Assembly (NCBI RefSeq): GCF_001194135.2
Contig: NC_068985.1
Coordinates: 120,025,043 to 120,089,042, forward strand
Length of the DNA stretch: 64,000 nucleotides
From: Octopus bimaculoides
Taxonomy: Eukaryota
Direction of reading: 5' to 3'
The notes under the pieces were generated by a model. It had not been told where the DNA came from, made no database searches, and saw only the letters and a list, made by a program, of their open reading frames with translations. Made by a program: the position numbers and the translations under genes. Below are positions 1-13,384 of this stretch, piece after piece. Position 1 is the first letter of the stretch, and each line of letters starts with the position of its first letter.

Positions 1-76
1 TCTATACCCCACATTAGTTCTGCAGGAATATAAATAAAACATAAAAAACAGACAGTGTTGGAACTTTTTTAAACAA

Positions 77-84
<8 letters not shown>

Positions 85-135
<51 letters not shown>

Positions 136-184
136 TATATACATACATACATGCATACATACATGCATACACACAGACGCAAAC

Positions 185-222
<38 letters not shown>

Positions 223-500
223 TTATCGTTCTGTTTATCTGTTTTTATCGCACTAAAAATTATATTTTCTGTCTGTCCTCTTTCAGCCCCGTTCCCCATA
301 AACACGCATACATTCACATACACTCACACACAAACATGGATAGACACTCTCACACACCTATATGCGTAAATGTGTTTGTGTGTATATATAAATGCATACA
401 TACACACACACTCACACAAACACACATACATATATATATATACATGTTTATACATACATACCCACAGACACACATTTATACATTTAGTTATATGAATATA
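85..500. repeat. Compound microsatellite cluster (TA)n, (TACA)n, (TATC)n, (CA)n
   Basis: Directly visible di- and tetranucleotide tracts; the 151..369 ORF is a translation of them. Confidence 0.95.
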
Positions 501-531
501 TGTTATTAATAAGAAAAATCATTATTGCTTA

Positions 532-572
532 TAACAACAACAACAACAATAACAATAACAATAATAATAATG

Positions 573-636
<64 letters not shown>

Positions 637-659
637 TAATAATATTAATAATAATAATA
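532..659 (+). repeat. (AAC)n-(AAT)n trinucleotide array
   Basis: aacaacaac followed by a long aataataat run; source of the poly-Ile ORF 506..724. Confidence 0.97.
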
Positions 660-1880
660 TTGTAAAATGAGACAGCAAACCTCGACATGGATTGATTACT
701 AGATGGTGTTCGACACTCCATCACTTCAAAAATATATCAGCTATAAAATGGTAAACTGGAAAACCAGAATAACACTGAAAATTGTGTCACAATTCATTGA
801 AACCTGCCTGGAGAATTTTCCAAAGACACTCGTTGTTTCCCCTGCTTTTATGCCTTGCTCTGATCCCGTAGATAAACATGTAAATGAAACCACTATAGGT
901 TATAGATCTTATGGACAAATTATGGGTTATAAATCCTATGGACGAACTATTAATCATCTTTTATACATGAATTACATAAACATTTTCACGAAAACTACTT
1001 CCTAACAGAAAAATAAACTTCTAAATATTGTCCATAGCCTCAGCAAGGACATCAGGATGAGCATGCGACTAGGCAAATGTGCCAAAGTGGCATTAAAGAG
1101 AGGCAAATTAATCATAGTTTAAAAGACTGAACTTGACATAAACACAGAAATCAGAGACCATAATCATCCATAATCAGCCTTACAAATATCTAGGATAGAC
1201 GAAATATCTAAAATACAACACAAAAATGACAGAAAATTAAGGGAGAATATTACAGAAGAGTTAGACTAATATTAAACACTAAACTCAATGCTAAAATAAG
1301 ATAATAGGGATGAACACATTAGTCATACCTATCTTAAATTACAGTTTCAACATAATAAAGTGGAAGATTACTGAATTTAAAAACTTATATACAGAAACCA
1401 GGAAACTATTAACAGCAGCATACCGAAGTTACCACCAAAAAGGAAACACAGAAGAAGGTTGCAGAAGAAGGTTGCGGCCTGACGCAGAGAATTACTATAA
1501 AATAACAAAATTTGGACTAGAAGAAGACTTAGAAACGAAAGGTGAGCAACTACTACATGTAATAAAACAACACACAAAAATGGAAATGATTTTCTGTATA
1601 CATAAGGATGGGACAAATACAAAACAGAAGCAAACTGCACTGAAAGATTAGTTTCAAATGACAACACAGCAGAAATGATCAAAGTAGCAAAAAATAACAT
1701 GAAAGCAGATCTGCAAAACATACTAAATAAGAATTGAAGTGTTCAAGATGTGGGGCAAGAAAGTGAAAACAATACCAGTAATAACCGGAGCGTTAAGAAT
1801 GATGGGAAAAATTATGTGAACAAAAACGTGGAAGCTCTACACAGAACCCCAACACTACGCACTATCCAAAAAATAGCATG
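660..1880 (+). mobile_element. Degenerate, 5'-truncated and internally deleted R4/Dong-type (RLE endonuclease) non-LTR retrotransposon
   Basis: Frameshifted RT motifs: TWIDY*MVFD (cf. WIDYKKAFD), TINHLLYMNYINIF (cf. ISHLLYMDDLKL), LGKCAKVALKRGKL, YKYLG, NTLVIPILNYSFNIIKW..TRKLLT. C-terminal RLE-like MWGKKVKTIPVITGAL..IQKIA at about 1750-1880. Confidence 0.85.
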
Positions 1881-2070
1881 GTTACATCAATATCCGACTC
1901 ACTAATATCAGTGTTTGTTGTTTCAAAATCTAGGGCTTTCGTTAACAGAGTTTTGTTTATAGAGAAATAAAATTCAGCAATATCAAACTGCGTGACTCTA
2001 CAATTTCTCTTCTCGTTTATTTTTTTAAAACATTCCAGCACTTCTAAAGAGTTACACTACAGTCTTTCAT
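1880..2070 (-). mobile_element. Penelope-like element RT fragment (Neptune-like)
   Basis: Minus strand reads NSLEVLECFKKINEKRNCRVTQFDIAEFYFSINKTLLTKALDF, matching the Neptune-type RT motif FDI.EFYPSI..LL.KAL.F. Confidence 0.7.
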
Positions 2071-2071
2071 A

Positions 2072-4130
2072 GTGATAAGAAAATGTCAAAAAATAGAATC
2101 TTTGACAATGATAAGAAAATGTCAAGAAGGTTTTTTTGTTTAAACAGTTTACATGAAAGTGTTCAAAATAAGTAGTAAAATAAATTTATAATTATTTTAA
2201 GTTAATCCGGCCCAAACTGTGAGACACAGAGGTTAAGCAACGTCATTGATATGCTCTTAAAACCAATACTTAAACACATACCAAGTATTGTAAGAGATGA
2301 CCTGGAACTCCTAAACCACCTCCCTAAACATAACAATAAAGATATTTTCATCGTCTCTTTTGATGCGATAAACATTTATACTATGATCCTACATCAATAT
2401 GGACTGGAAGATATTAAATTCTGGCTAGAAAAATACCCCAATGAGGTCCCGGAAAGAATTAAAAAATGAATTTATCATTGATGACCATAAGTTTATCCTC
2501 CAAAACAACTTTTTAACTTTTAATAATAATGCCTAGACAGGTATCAGGGACTGCAATGTGACTAAAGTTTCCCCAACGTATGCCAATCTGGTGATGGCCT
2601 ACCTAGAATTACAAATCTTTGAACAATCCAAATCAAAATATGCCCTGTTTTCCACAAATAACTGTTGCAGAATTGGAAACGCTACTTCGATGACTGCCTT
2701 ATCCCATGGTCTCGCACACTCGACCAACCTAGTGAATTCAAAATTTTAATCAACAGTGTCAACAACCACATCCAATTTACAATGGAATATAGTCAAGACC
2801 AACTTCCATTTCTAGAAATTCTTATTATAAAAAGGCCCGAACATTGAAACTGATATCCACTACAAACCAACTGATTCCAAACAATACCCACTGTTCACCT
2901 CCAATCACCCAAATCACAAGAACACAAACATCCCTTTAAATCCAGCGAGAAGAATTTATACAATTGTCTCAAATTATAGAAGGCGAAATGAAAGACTCCA
3001 AGAATTAAAGGCAATTCTCCTCGAAAGACAGTACGCAGCATCATTAGTTGACAATGGAATAGGACGGGCCAAGACAATCAATATCTAAGACTTACGAAAA
3101 CCGAAACACTCAAAGTACATTAAGTAGTCTTCCGTATCTCTCAACATACGATCCAAGAAATTCAGAAGCTTACATGATTATATACAAGAACCTCCCACTA
3201 CTGAGTCAACACCCACGTCTAAAAAAAGTACTCGAAGCCCATACAATAATAAAAAGCATGAGACACCTCAAATACCTAAACACTTACTCACCAATGCAAA
3301 ATTACCCAACACAAGCCCAACACTCACCGTAAAAAAATGTGGTCGATTATCTGCAGGACTTGCATTCACATCATTGAAGGAACACTATCCAAATTCCAGT
3401 CAGGAACAATTTTGTCGTAAAAATAATTTCACCCGCGCATCAGAGAATTTACTTTATGCCATTAGGTGAAGGGTGCCACAAAAACTAAAAAGGGCTGACT
3501 AGTATCACCGTCAGAGATAGGATGACAGTCTAACGCCAACAATTGAGGGACTCAAACATACACACGCACACATACACACACACGAAAAAACACATACACA
3601 CAAATACATACACACACATGCGCACACACAGCATCCTGGCAAATACAAATCACACACATACACAAACGTGCACACACATACACGCCCCATTCTGCTTCAC
3701 AGACCCATACACACCTACACTGAACTCTAAGACAAATAAAAAAACCCACACACAGCAAAAATTTCTAATACACACACAGGAGATGACGGATGGAAAGGTG
3801 GATCATACCCCTAAAATTCTGTATAAATACTTAAATATTCCTTTTGTATATTAGCTTCCATACAATGATTTTTGATGAATTTAAAATAAATATAAATTCA
3901 TTTTACTATTTTGAACAGTTTCATGTAAACTGTTTAAACATAAAACCCCTCTTAACATTTTGTTATCCCTGTCAAAGATTCGATTTATAACATTTTCTTA
4001 TTATCAAACTGTATTTTAATACAATTATGATAACCATTTCTTAACACAACGAAGCTTTACATTTTACTTTTGATAATCATTTTTATAAAAAAAGTGAAAC
4101 CGGTTAAGTCAAGAAACATCTCTAAAAACC
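2072..4130 (+). mobile_element. Degenerate Penelope/Poseidon-type element: RT + GIY-YIG, 3' pseudo-LTR, and an inverted pseudo-LTR piece at the 5' end
   Basis: RT motifs VSFDAINIYT, SGTAM.TKVSPTYANLVM, WKRYFDDCL, IQFTME..LPFLE, TDIHYKPTDSKQY (2250-2900). GIY-YIG-like NLLYAIR*GCHKN*KGLTSITVRDRMTV*RQQ (about 3445-3545). 2072-2199 is an inverted copy of 3881-4003. Confidence 0.9.
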
Positions 4131-4195
4131 TCTGCATTTTCTAACACTCTTTCCTATATATACTCACTCGTGCAGTACCTTGCAAGTTTACTTTG

Positions 4196-4245
<50 letters not shown>

Positions 4246-4273
4246 NNNNNNNNNNGTTTGTGTGTGTGTGTGA

Positions 4274-4310
<37 letters not shown>

Positions 4311-5789
4311 AGTGTGTGTGTGTAAGAGAGAGTGTTTATGTATGTGTGTGTATGTATATGTATATGTATGCTGGGGTCTATTTGTTAGACTAGAAATCTT
4401 CAAGTGAGCAATATAGGACGGCTGCAGCCCAATGTCTGAGATGCGTAAATGACACAGAAGAAAGTGAAATCAAATAAAACAACAGGGTTATGTAACAAGT
4501 TTTAGCTCTTTAGAAATATTGAGATGAATATCCCAAACAGATTGCTTTATCATTAAAATGGTGAAGCTGAAACAATTTCTCACGTTCGACAGACAAGACA
4601 TATCATAAGGTATTATTTTCAGAAGCACATCAAAGCGAGCGAAAAAAAGAAAATAATTTAAAAATGAAAATTAAATACGCGACGATATGAATTTTTGTTA
4701 ACCTCATCTTAAAAATGCATTTTTCACTTTCTGTTATAATGTTTGGTTTTTATGTGCTGGGGTTGATATGTATATATTTCTTGTGTGCTTAGTTTCTGTA
4801 GTGATGTGACTGTATGGAGATGAGCATCTCTTATTTTCCTCCGATCCTCCGTTCTGCGTAAATAATTCACACAAAATGACGAATGCTCGAATAGTCTACG
4901 AAAACTATATGCAATGACTGGGGAACATATTGTAAGGCAACTGAAATGTGTGTATATATGAATTAAATACAGTTATACGTGTACATATATATACATGAAT
5001 ACATACGTACATATATATATATATATTCATATATTCATACATGCAAAGACGCATAGATCTATAGAATATATTGTATGCATTATGTGTGTTATATATTCAA
5101 GAGGACGATGTTCTGATTTTAGTTATTTTGTAAAAGCTATTCTCATATTTTCTTACAAATCTATTGTTGTATATAATTAGAACAATATAACTTTTCTGAT
5201 TCCATCCTCTATGTTTCTAAACATTTACAACCTTCACTTCAACAAGTGAAATGATTTTGAAGAAATTTCAAATTCAGGCTTGAGGAAATTTTTAACTCTG
5301 CACAATAAACTCTACTCAAATCGTATTCACCAGCTACAAAACAGGTAGTGAAACACACACTGCGACGACGCGCAACAGCCTGAAGATGAACCTGGGAAAG
5401 TTTTAAAATTATTATATATGCACGAGCTTCATTGCTTTAGAGAATCTGTTCGAAACTTGTAGAAACATATAAAAATAAAAGCGTAGGAAATAACCATGTT
5501 TTCAATAGAATATACCTAAACAATGTTCTCTTATAAAGCGAAGGCTTTAAATCTAGAGTTTAACTACATTATATTTATCTTGGATAGTTCTATTATGCGT
5601 TGTGATGTGCATAAAATATTTATAAAACTAAATATAATAGATTATATCTGATTGAAACAGTAGTTGCTTTAAGTGCTGTCCGCAGGCAGAAGGATAGGAA
5701 GGTACGTCTCCTGTGATAAAAAGTGAACAAGCTATGATTCCTAGTCGTCCAAATTAAGACCCAGTAGAGTTTCCGGGATGAGACAGCTG

Positions 5790-5955
5790 GGGTAAGAAGA
5801 GGGTGTATTAGCAGCCGGCTGTTATATTATATAGGGATGAATGCCAAATGATTATCGAAGTTGGTCTTGGCGGCAGTTCAATGCAGAGCGCAAAGCAGCC
5901 GAACTAAAACACCAAAGCATTCCATGCCACGCTCTGTAACCTCTGGTACCTGGCT
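5790..5955 (-). mobile_element. Highly degenerate tRNA-derived SINE (family B)
   Basis: Weak similarity to the clean family-B copy at 25892-26125. Confidence 0.4.
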
Positions 5956-5965
5956 GACTTAATAC

Positions 5966-6003
<38 letters not shown>

Positions 6004-6352
6004 NNNNNNNNNNNNNNNNNNNNNNNNNNNNNNNNNNNNNNNNNNNNNNNNNNNNNNNNNNNNNNNNNNNNNNNNNNNNNNNNNNNNNNNNNNNNNNNNN
6101 NNNNNNNNNNNNNNNNNNNNNNNNNNNNNNNNNNNNNNNNNNNNNNNNNNNNNNNNNNNNNNNNNNNNNNNNNNNNNNNNNNNNNNNNNNNNNNNNNNNN
6201 NNNNNNNNNNNNNNNNNNNNNNNNNNNNNNNNNNNNNNNNNNNNNNNNNNNNNNNNNNNNNNNNNNNNNNNNNNNNNNNNNNNNNNNNNNNNNNNNNNNN
6301 NNNNNNNNNNNNNNNNNNNNNNNNNNNNNNNNNNNNNNNNNNNNNNNNNNNN

Positions 6353-6412
<60 letters not shown>

Positions 6413-6612
6413 TGTGTGTATGTATATGTATATGTATGTGTGTGTGTCAGTTGGTGAAACATATTGAATACAGATACGTGGTTAGTTGTATACAGTTACA
6501 GAATCATGTATACATATGCGATTTATGTATATTTGCATGTATGTACTTGTGCATATATACATGTAGTCAATATAAACATAGCTTTATATGTATGTACGTA
6601 TGTATGTATATG

Positions 6613-6648
<36 letters not shown>

Positions 6649-7369
6649 TATATATATATATATAGATAGATATAGATATAGATATAGATATATAGGTATA
6701 TATATGCGTATACATACAGGCTTACATATATATATGCATATGTATATGAAGTGGTATATTACATATATTCGCTTCATCATAAGGAAATCGTCATTACTTC
6801 TGAATATATGTATTTCTCTGACTATGCATGTATGTATGTGGGTCTACATTTATGAGCGTGGCTGTACGTGTGGCAAAGTTGAGATACATCGTACATTGTC
6901 TCGGGAGCATTAATGGAGAGTATTACATAAATATAATCGCAATTACATGGGTAGGGGTTCGTTGAACATCAGCTCAAATTTCAGAAAATATAAAAAACAA
7001 ACGAAAACAATTTAAAGTGGGAAGAAAGAAAATAGGAAATAAAAGAAATGTTTTTGTATGAAAACATAGACATACGATGTAAATAAAACAATTATATTTA
7101 CAACAAAGATAATTATTTTTTGTCTATTACAACACTCTAATAGCTAATGCATTCGCAGCTTATCTGGTTACGCTCAAGGACGGCGAACGTTAGAATTGTG
7201 TTTCACGAAAATATTTGTAAATAGGTCAAGAAGACCTTGAATTGTTGAGAGCTGAAATTCCATTTTTAGGTTTTGTAAGACAAGATTATACTCATTCTAC
7301 CCAGTTTTTCTCTATTAAGCAAACATTTCACAATGTAGAACAATTTTATGCATCTTCATGATGAGGATT

Positions 7370-9330
7370 TGATGAAATCTAACGTTTCGAGCAAGAATCT
7401 TTTCAGAATTGGAGAATTCTAACCAAAACCTTAGACGTCACCAATGTGTTTCTTTTTTTCATGACAAACTAACAGTATATTTTGTGCAATGTCTTTGCCA
7501 ACTAAGGTCATCACAAATTACGTCTGTATATTATAGATGTATTAACGTTTTGATGTTGCTTACATTGTTATTCTTTAAACTAGGTGACATCTTTTTCTTA
7601 CCCTCTGTGCAGTTTAAATTATACTTATTATATCATTGTCGTCGTCACTACTCACTCATTTCAGATTTGTCAGATCAGGACAATTATCAAAAGCAATTTA
7701 AAAGAAATTAACAATTTATTAATATCGTTGGTATTTTAAAACACAGATCAGTTCCGAAGGAACAGGTCTATGATCAATATCAGTTTGAGTCCTGATTATT
7801 AGGGTGTTGTCAATGCTGTTTTTTTTTCTTTGACAAAGATGAACATTGTCTGAGCAAAAGTATAAACAACTACAGCAACAAAATGTCCGTTTTGTTGTTG
7901 TAATTTTATATATTCAGCCCTGATTAAGATGACTTATGATCAACAGCTGTTGAAATTATATTTATTTTATCTTTTCTCTGATTCTGTAAATCTAACTCTA
8001 ATGCGTCCTCCTTTTTCAGACTTTAGAGTGCCATTTGTAGGAGACTTGGAGTCTGTTGATATTTCGTTGTTGGTTTCTATATTCGTGTTGACAAGTGTAT
8101 ATGGTGGAGTATATAACTAGATCATGGCCTATTATTTCGGTCTGGAACTTTAAGTAGTGGGGCGGAGCACAATGTGTATGATCTACTGCATTTTTCACTC
8201 TGAGAAAAAGATATGTGCTTTACCAATTATCCAGAGCTTTTATTGGCAACTGCATTTATAAAACTATATCAGCTCAGCATTAAAAACACTAACAAAATCT
8301 GATCAGTATTTCAGCAAATTATCACCGTTCTCTTTGAGCATACAGAAGTCAAATTTAGCTGGGGTAAAATAAGCATGGCAAGATAAAGTAAAATTGCTTC
8401 TTTTATTCTTCAGATTTACATTTGAGAAAAGACTCTTACACATCAATATCCATCCTTGAACATCAGAAAGATCAGAAATGCAACAAAAATTTCAAACATA
8501 TAGGCCAAATTGAAAGATGATCATAGAGAAATGGCACATGATATGAAACTAAGAAAACTCGACTAAATCTAAAAACTCTACATAAAACATTCTTTATAGC
8601 TTCTTAACGATCTGCTGGAGCGGCTCTTTTCATGATATATTTACGCGCCAGGGAGTTAAAAAGAAGAAACTACTGAAATTATTCATTATTCATTTTGTCC
8701 TAATTTAGATATAATGTTTGAAAAAATCTAAAATTATCAAATTAGGCTTTAGCATTAGAAAAAAATGACTTGTAATCCAACTGAGAAAAGAACATTAAAT
8801 GTTAAGCACCAAAAAATATCCAGAGATTTTATTAGCAACCGCAATTACAATCAGATCAAAGTTGAGAAAAAATTTCTTGAAAAGATAGTACGTCACTTGA
8901 CTTTGAGTCACACTGTCTCAACGTCAATAATAACTATGTTCTGAAATGCAATAGTACAAAAGGATCATTCAATACCTACAATGTAATGACTTCAAACAGG
9001 TAGGGAGAAAGAAAGCGGAAAAAAGTCAAATTACCCATTTTACCCTGTTACCACCAATTTTGCCACACGCTATTCTAAAGATAAAGAAAAAATGTGAATG
9101 CAGGTTTTATAAAATGGAATTTAAGTTGGTCAGACCTATACTGCGCGGCCTGCAATTCTAGCAAATATACTTAATAATAGACATCTTGGTTTGGTTACTT
9201 ACAAATGTGTATCAGGATGATGTATACTTCACCAATGCGCAACAGAATACGAGAAATAGACAAACAACAAGATTTTCGTTCGTATGTAAGAGTAGATTTC
9301 AAATCATTACTCGATCACAACAGTTTCCTT
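7370..9330 (-). mobile_element. Old, heavily frameshifted Penelope-like element (RT thumb + GIY-YIG + 3' pseudo-LTR)
   Basis: Minus strand: NAELI*FYKCSCQ*KLWIIGKAHIFFSE (GIY-YIG-like VYxFxCSC..YIGKT) at about 8200-8290; YHERAAPADR*EAIKNVLCRVFR (thumb) at about 8560-8630; KSLDIFG in place of YVDDIF at about 8810; degenerate HHR-like motif at 7376-7412. Confidence 0.55.
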
Positions 9331-9486
9331 CAACTAAAGTTCGATGAATTTTAGAAGTTAATCGGAATTTCCCTTTGAAGACGTGTACACAAGGGGACAT
9401 AACAAGTGGACAGGCAATATCATCAAACTCTGACACAAATGGTTGGTGAAGTGAAATTCATAAACCCGTAGCTACGCTATACTCGT

Positions 9487-9730
9487 TTACTCTTTTACTT
9501 GCTTTAGTCATTTTGACTATGGCCATGCTGGAGTACCGCCTTTAGTCGAGCAAATCGGCCCCAGGACTTATTATTTATAAGCCTAGTACTTATTCTAACG
9601 GTCTCTTTTGCCGAGCCGGTAAGTTACGGGGACGTAAACAGACCAGCATCGGTTGTCAAGCGATGTTGGGGGGGACACAGACACACAAACATATATATAC
9701 ACACACACACACACGAACACACACACACGA

Positions 9731-9775
<45 letters not shown>

Positions 9776-9950
9776 GATAGATATATACAACGGGCTTCTT
9801 TCAGTTTCCGTCTACCAAATCCACTCACAAGGCTTTGGTCGGCCCGAGGCTATAGTAGAAGACACTTGCCCAAGGTGCCACACAGTGGGACTGAACCCGG
9901 AACCATGTGGTTCCTAAGCAAGCTACTCACCACACAGCCACTCCTATGCC
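9487..9950 (-). mobile_element. Full-length tRNA-derived CORE-type SINE (family A) with internal (TA)/(TG) microsatellite
   Basis: On minus: tRNA-like head with A/B boxes, CORE-like ggcaccttgggcaagtgtcttctac, central microsatellite, 3' body ending in aagagta repeats. Matches 55227-55727. Confidence 0.92.
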
Positions 9951-10686
9951 TATATAAAATGTTAAATAAAACTTTTATTAGAACTCATTAATTGACATGA
10001 AATCAAAAGATATATGATTACTATGTACAATCGTTGGAAATACAAAAAAAAACAACAAACAATCGGAGGCTATCATTGATGCCAACTGCCCTACGTTGCA
10101 GAGTTGTATAGGCTTCAATTTGTGTTGCTGTTATTGTACTCTGAGTCAATAAATGCTAAAACAGAAGAATTTACATTGAAGATGATGACTGAAGTTTTGG
10201 CTTTCTCTACTACTTTCGATTGGGATATTCCTTGTATGTCTTCGGCAAGTGTTGCAGCACTGTGTCGTCTACGTTGAAAAAGTTTATACAATAACTGCAC
10301 AAAATTTCCGAAGATTTTAATTGTATAGTTCAGTCCCTTGCAGTCGCTTTCGAATTTCCTTCCAGCACTGATACATTATTAAACTGTTTTCATCTTCAGC
10401 ATCTCCTATCTTCGGACAGATTCACATACCATTATATTCAGATACCCGCCCAAAATTCTATTTCTCTTTCAGGAAGACAGGGCTAACAAATCTAGCGAGA
10501 GCAAGAACTGCATAGTCACTCCCTAACAGGTTTGTTGGCGCTAGTTATAGTCCTAATGTGTAGACTTAACACATTTTCTGTCGTCTGATTTGGTTAGAAG
10601 ATTCATGTAATTATATACATACGTATGTATGTATGTATGTATGTATGTATGTATGTATATAGGTATGTATATATGTATATATGTAC

Positions 10687-10739
<53 letters not shown>

Positions 10740-10801
10740 CATGCATACAAACACGCACATATGTATGCATGTATGTACATGTATACGTACATGTGTGTGT
10801 A

Positions 10802-10839
<38 letters not shown>

Positions 10840-11091
10840 CACAGGGAAGGCGAGGGAAAGGGAGAGCGAAAAAAGAGAAATGATTAAGAAATTTTCTTCT
10901 CATTATACAACAATCTCCAACATTATTGGCGTCGTTAACTACGAAATTTCACTGGCCGCTTCTACACAGAAATACTAATACAATTATCAATTTCCTTTAA
11001 TTAAAATTTGCTTAAATAAATACTGAGAGCGAAATAAAATCTTGAGAAATAAAGTTACAATTGAAAATAGAATTATAAACATATGTGCATT

Positions 11092-11142
<51 letters not shown>

Positions 11143-12172
11143 NNNNNNNNNNNNNNNNNNNNNNNNNNNNNNNNNNNNNNNNNNNNNNNNNNNNNNNNNN
11201 NNNNNNNNNNNNNNNNNNNNNNNNNNNNNNNNNNNNNNNNNNNNNNNNNNNNNNNNNNNNNNNNNNNNNNNNNNNNNNNNNNNNNNNNNNNNNNNNNNNN
11301 NNNNNNNNNNNNNNNNNNNNNNNNNNNNNNNNNNNNNNNNNNNNNNNNNNNNNNNNNNNNNNNNNNNNNNNNNNNNNNNNNNNNNNNNNNNNNNNNNNNN
11401 NNNNNNNNNNNNNNNNNNNNNNNNNNNNNNNNNNNNNNNNNNNNNNNNNNNNNNNNNNNNNNNNNNNNNNNNNNNNNNNNNNNNNNNNNNNNNNNNNNNN
11501 NNNNNNNNNNNNNNNNNNNNNNNNNNNNNNNNNNNNNNNNNNNNNNNNNNNNNNNNNNNNNNNNNNNNNNNNNNNNNNNNNNNNNNNNNNNNNNNNNNNN
11601 NNNNNNNNNNNNNNNNNNNNNNNNNNNNNNNNNNNNNNNNNNNNNNNNNNNNNNNNNNNNNNNNNNNNNNNNNNNNNNNNNNNNNNNNNNNNNNNNNNNN
11701 NNNNNNNNNNNNNNNNNNNNNNNNNNNNNNNNNNNNNNNNNNNNNNNNNNNNNNNNNNNNNNNNNNNNNNNNNNNNNNNNNNNNNNNNNNNNNNNNNNNN
11801 NNNNNNNNNNNNNNNNNNNNNNNNNNNNNNNNNNNNNNNNNNNNNNNNNNNNNNNNNNNNNNNNNNNNNNNNNNNNNNNNNNNNNNNNNNNNNNNNNNNN
11901 NNNNNNNNNNNNNNNNNNNNNNNNNNNNNNNNNNNNNNNNNNNNNNNNNNNNNNNNNNNNNNNNNNNNNNNNNNNNNNNNNNNNNNNNNNNNNNNNNNNN
12001 NNNNNNNNNNNNNNNNNNNNNNNNNNNNNNNNNNNNNNNNNNNNNNNNNNNNNNNNNNNNNNNNNNNNNNNNNNNNNNNNNNNNNNNNNNNNNNNNNNNN
12101 NNNNNNNNNNNNNNNNNNNNNNNNNNNNNCTTACCATTTTTTTTTTGTTGGTAGTTAATTAAAATTATATTG

Positions 12173-12222
<50 letters not shown>

Positions 12223-12595
12223 TATATGTATCTGTTATCTTTTATTAAGGTTATTTCTACAGATATTCTATAGGACTTTTCGCCAGCGCTGATTTCTGCT
12301 ACAGCGTTTCGTCTCGGGACGCTAGATGTAATCAGACAATGTGATCGAAGATATAAGTGGGAAATGAGTGTGGGTAATGAAACAAAAGTGGATAATGAGC
12401 CATATTTCGCGGATTTGTTCCTTCTTCTTCAGCACTCATCTAACCCACTACTGCTTCCGAACACATTGCTTATATAGCCACCGCATACATCTGCGTTACG
12501 TTATATTGGATATACCAATTTACATATTACATGCATTCCTACGGCTGGTATGTAAACAGTAAAGATTTGTACCACGTACCTACAAGTCATTTATC

Positions 12596-12872
12596 TTTTT
12601 ATCTTAACTTGTTTACAGTCATTTGACTGCAGTCATGCTGGGCACCTCCTTTTAGACGAAAAAATAGACTCAAGGATTTACTTTTTTAAAGCCTATTACT
12701 TATTTTATCGGTCTCTTTTGCCCAACCACTGTTTTACGGAGACGTAAACACATTACCGAGTGTCAAGTGACTGGGGTGAGCAAATACAGATACACACAGA
12801 CATAGATATGTTCAAACACATACATACATACATACATACATACATACATACATACATACATACATACATGCA

Positions 12873-12923
<51 letters not shown>

Positions 12924-13346
12924 GTAATCAAGGATGAAATTTCAATAAGATTTTATCAAGTAGTTAGCATGTGATAAAACCATATTGGTAAAATCTTAAT
13001 ACAAAATATATTATTATATAAATATAATCATAATATGTCACTTATGAATAGCACCACATGCTAGAAATTGACGCCAATGGCTTTTAGAACTACATTATTT
13101 TCCACATGCATTTCTAGCATGTGGCGCTACACATTAGTGCCCTTATTATAATTATATTGTATATATATATATATGTCCGTACACGATGGGATTCTCTCAG
13201 TTTCCAGCACCTAAATCCACCGACAAGGCTTTGGTCGGCCAAAGTCTATTGTAGAAGACACTTACCTAGAATGATACACGCAGTGAAATGGAACCTGGAA
13301 CCATGTGTTTGGGAAACAAGCTTCTTACCACAGCCACTCCTGCCCC
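12596..13346 (-). mobile_element. Family-A SINE interrupted by an insertion in its internal microsatellite
   Basis: 3' body at 12596-12800 and head at 13175-13346, separated by microsatellite plus about 250 bp of unrelated sequence. Confidence 0.85.
12925..13170. mobile_element. Short element with a 20-bp inverted repeat, inserted in the (TA)n of a SINE
   Basis: tagcaccacatgctagaaat (13049-13068) is the reverse complement of atttctagcatgtggcgcta (13110-13129) with 1 mismatch; TA tracts on both sides. Confidence 0.6.
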
Positions 13347-13352
13347 TATAGA

Positions 13353-13384
<32 letters not shown>

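Noticed and set aside
2073-2125. 17-bp direct repeat with spacer
   Set aside because: It is part of the PLE pseudo-LTR internal repeat, also visible in the inverted partner at 3940-4003, and is not an independent feature.
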